NCBI GenBank assembly: GCA_035084275.1
Contig: CM068768.1
Span: 7,812,001 to 7,876,000, forward strand
DNA: 64,000 bases
Origin: Hydrolagus colliei
Lineage: Eukaryota
Direction of reading: 5' to 3'
Shown: positions 60,827 to 64,000 of the stretch, piece by piece
Numbering within the stretch: the stretch's first letter is position 1
Layout: every line of letters starts with the position of its first letter
Translations under genes and position numbers: made by a program
Notes under the pieces: model-generated
Databases searched by the model: none
What the model was told of the DNA's origin: nothing
The model's input: only the letters and a program-made list of their open reading frames with translations

Positions 60827-61897
60827 TCAAGGTGTTTTGGGCAGAAGAGGTGAGAGATCAGCCGGGATCCCTATCCACTCAGGCAAGAAAGCTGCCTCAT
60901 ATTTAAAGAGCTTTAAAAAGGGTGAATCAGGTAAAGTGTAGTTAGAGAGATAGACAGTCTCCCCGCCAGCGAGGTAGGAAGCCCAAATACCAAAGGTCCC
61001 GATTGTCATTACCGTGTGATTGCAGTGAGCGAGAAGGGAAAAGTCTCTGGCTGGGCTGCTTGACTGTCCATCTCCTGAGAAGTGAACGTCTCCTTTGGAA
61101 GCATCTATGTTGTCCTTGCACCAAGCCATTCCATCACTTGTCACCACAAACACCACGTTGCTGTACTTCTTCCTGAAGTAAGACATTGCTTTTTCCAAAT
61201 AGCCTTTATCGGCCACAACTCCCTTCCAAATGTTAGGCATAGTGTGCAGGTAGTCTCCTCTTCGAACATGGACAGCCACATAGGTCACATTGGCTTGCCC
61301 TTTGCTGATGCTTCTCAAGTACTTGTTGGCCTCCTCAATGATATGATCATGGAAGGTGAACTCACGAAGGATTTCCTCTCGGATGTGATGGTAGAAGGTC
61401 CATGAACAGGGATAACCTGTGAGTTTAACATAGTCTCCAGGGATCTGACGGTACCTCTCCTCCATCCAGTCATTCAGGTTATAGTTCGTCCAATGTAGCC
61501 TTTGCCACATACTGTCGTGGAGGGTGGGAAGGTTAATTCTGAAGATGGGAGACAGGTAATTGGCCATGGCCTGGGGAATGTAGGCTTGTTTGCCATTCAA
61601 CTTGGCCAATGCGTACAATGTGGCATACTCCCCCATTTGATTGCCGAGACGCCCTATGGAATTAATTGTCCAAAAGCCTTTGGAAACAATAACAGAGTTT
61701 GTAACATGATATTGTTTAGTTGACTTGTTTGTCTCTGCGATGGGCAAATTCACTTTCGTGGAACATTCTGAAAATTGACCTTTTAAACGAATGGCCAGTG
61801 GTGGAAATGGCCTTAAATGGTATGCTATGGACAGTAAAATAACGCTGAACAAACAAACTCCAGCATACAACTTCTTACCGAAAGAATGGAACTCCAT
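60827..61897 (-). CDS. FUT2: Alpha-1,2-fucosyltransferase (GT11), copy C, 356 aa
   Basis: First ATG at 61897 ([13 protein letters not shown]), homologous to the copy B start. Motifs intact. Confidence 0.94.
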   Translation of the reverse strand: MEFHSFGKKLYAGVCLFSVILLSIAYHLRPFPPLAIRLKGQFSECSTKVNLPIAETNKSTKQYHVTNSVIVSKGFWTINSIGRLGNQMGEYATLYALAKLNGKQAYIPQAMANYLSPIFRINLPTLHDSMWQRLHWTNYNLNDWMEERYRQIPGDYVKLTGYPCSWTFYHHIREEILREFTFHDHIIEEANKYLRSISKGQANVTYVAVHVRRGDYLHTMPNIWKGVVADKGYLEKAMSYFRKKYSNVVFVVTSDGMAWCKDNIDASKGDVHFSGDGQSSSPARDFSLLAHCNHTVMTIGTFGIWASYLAGGETVYLSNYTLPDSPFLKLFKYEAAFLPEWIGIPADLSPLLPKTP

Positions 61898-62966
61898 CAA
61901 TACTAAAGCATCAAAGGAAATGCATAGAAGAGAAAATTGGTTGACAGCAAAGAGCTCTAAATGTCTCTGTCTGTGAAGGAATCCTCGCCGCTTCACCCCA
62001 CTTAAGGTCCCTGCTTCTCTTATGTTTCGCTGAAGAGAGTGAGAGAGAGCGCCTTTCGAAATCTCGGTAAAGGATTCCACTTCTTTCACGAGAGTGTCTC
62101 TGCCCCGGCTGTCGAGCGGTCGACAGTTACTGTAATTGAATAGAAAAAAGTTTGGGTTCAGGGTAAGTTGAACAATCGAGTTACTTTGGGATTCACTGTT
62201 ACCTACGTTAATCAGTAGCTCTGGGTATTTGAATAATAGTCACGAGGCAACATGTGACTCTGATTTTAATTAGTCACATAATTAAAATTAATTTCAATTA
62301 AAAAATTAAAAATGAATGGAAAGCTAGATAAGCACATGAGGGGGAAAGGAATAGAAGGTTATGCTTGTAGACTTAGTTGAGGAGGTACTGGAGAAGGATC
62401 ATGTGGAGCATAAAAGCCAGCACAGACCCATTGGGCCAAATGGACCATTTCTGAGCTATATCTTCTAACATAAGATGGAAAATGAGGATGGAGAAAAGAA
62501 AGAGGCTGAGGAAAGAGCCCTGAGGTACTCCACAGTTGATTGGGAAGGGGCAGGAAAGTAATGCGGAAGTGGAAACATTAGATGAGACAAAGTACAGGCG
62601 GTGTGTGAACTAGGATTACGGAGGACCCCTGTTGTGGTGATTGAGGTAGATAGAATGTTCGAGAATGTCAAAAGCATCTGAGAAGTCATGCAGGACAAGA
62701 CGCAGAAAGAGTCCTACTCCTGAGAGAGAAGAAGAGGGAAGGAGAACATGTTGTTGGTGACCTTGACAAGGGCTGTCTCAGACCTATGGGCAGACGGATG
62801 CCAGATTGCAGGGGCTTGATAAATAGTGGAGGGAGATTTTGGAGAAAAAGTGTGCAACATTGGATAGGAAAGGTACATAATTGCTAGAGTACCATGATCA
62901 CTTTAGGATTATATTTCAACCTAACCAAATCATCAGAAACGCTAAAGATTCCCAAACCTGATTAGC

Positions 62967-64000
62967 TCAGAGTTTCTTGGACAGAAGAGGTGAGAGATCA
63001 GCCGGGATCCCTATCCACTCAGGTAAGAAAGCTGCCTCGTATTTAAAGAGTTTTAAAAAGGGTGAATTGGGTAAAGTGTAGTTAGAGAGATAGACAGTCT
63101 CCCCTCCAGCGAGGTAGGAAGCCCAAATACCAAAGGTCCCGATTGTCATTATAGTGTGATTGCAGTGAGCGATTAGGGAAAAGTCTCTGGCTGGGCTGCT
63201 TGACTGTCCATCTCCTGAGAAGTGAACGTCTCCTTTGGAAGCATCTATGTTGTCCTTGCACCAAGCCATTCCATCACTTGTCACCACAAACACCACGTTG
63301 CTGTACTTCTTCCTGAAGTAAGACATTGCTTTTTCCAAATAGCCTTTATCGGCCACAACTCCCTTCCAATCATTTGGCATAGTGTACACATAGTCTCCTC
63401 TTCGAACATGGACAGCCACATAGGTCACATTGGTTTGCCCTTTGCTGGTGCTTCTTAAGTACTGGTTGGCCTCCTCAATGAGATAGTCATGGAAGGTGAA
63501 CTCACGAAGGATTTCCTCTCGGATGTGATGGTAGAAAGTCCATGAACAGGGATAACCTGTGAGTTCAACATAGTCTCCAGGGATGTGACGGTACCTCTCC
63601 TCCATCCAGTCATTCAGGTGATAGTGGGTCCAATGTACTTTGTTCCACAAACTCTCGTGGAGGGTGGGAAGATTAATTCTGAAGATGGGAGACAGGTAAT
63701 TGGCCATGGCCTGGGGAATGTAGGCTTGTTTGCCAATCAATTTGGCCAATGCGTACAATGTGGCATACTCCCCCATTTGATTGCCGAGACGCCCTTGGGA
63801 ATTAATTGTCCAAAAGCCTTTGGAAACAACAACAGAGTTTGTAACGTGATGTTCTTCAGTTGTCTTGTTTGTCTCTGCGATGGGCAAATCCACTTTTGTG
63901 GAACATTTTGAAAATTGACCTTTTACACGAATGGCTGGTGGTGGAAATGTCCTTAAATGATATGCTATGGACAGTAAAATAACGCTGAACAAAAAAACTC
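62967..64000 (-). CDS. FUT2: Alpha-1,2-fucosyltransferase (GT11), copy D; 5' end outside window
   Basis: Open frame from the window edge within the TM segment to ...LLSKKL*. Motifs intact. Confidence 0.92.
   Translation of the reverse strand, partial: VFLFSVILLSIAYHLRTFPPPAIRVKGQFSKCSTKVDLPIAETNKTTEEHHVTNSVVVSKGFWTINSQGRLGNQMGEYATLYALAKLIGKQAYIPQAMANYLSPIFRINLPTLHESLWNKVHWTHYHLNDWMEERYRHIPGDYVELTGYPCSWTFYHHIREEILREFTFHDYLIEEANQYLRSTSKGQTNVTYVAVHVRRGDYVYTMPNDWKGVVADKGYLEKAMSYFRKKYSNVVFVVTSDGMAWCKDNIDASKGDVHFSGDGQSSSPARDFSLIAHCNHTIMTIGTFGIWASYLAGGETVYLSNYTLPNSPFLKLFKYEAAFLPEWIGIPADLSPLLSKKL

Noticed and set aside
61898-62089. 64-aa N-terminal extension of FUT-C in the ORF track (420 aa)
   Set aside because: It starts at a GTG and would precede the type II anchor. 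The homologous region before FUT-B is 2 nt shorter in a CT repeat and so out of frame. The first ATG is 61897.

Overview
Vertebrate nuclear DNA with GT-AG introns and four N gaps. It is very dense in one tRNA-headed SINE family plus L2- and CR1-type LINE fragments. The repeat families suggest a cartilaginous fish, possibly a chimaera such as Callorhinchus; this is an inference. Three gene systems were reconstructed by hand. (1) A + strand MAGUK p55 gene, best called MPP2, has 12 coding exons from 10318 to 34480 (about 555 aa, one exon partly in a gap) and a probable alternative first coding exon at 16079-16166. (2) A cluster of intronless GT11 alpha-1,2-fucosyltransferase (FUT1/FUT2/SEC1-like) genes has two intact + strand copies, one internally deleted pseudogene and two - strand copies, the last running off the window. 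(3) An 11-exon retinol saturase-like gene (48604-56893, 606 aa) lies in the loop of a >2.3-kb inverted duplication formed by the FUT arrays. The most notable system is this convergent FUT array around RETSAT-like, with patchwork homogenisation and a few hypervariable segments. Several local inverted or templated duplications involving SINEs are also visible. No prokaryote-type system or CRISPR array is present. Repeat boundaries are approximate, and comparisons with human proteins are from memory, not alignments.
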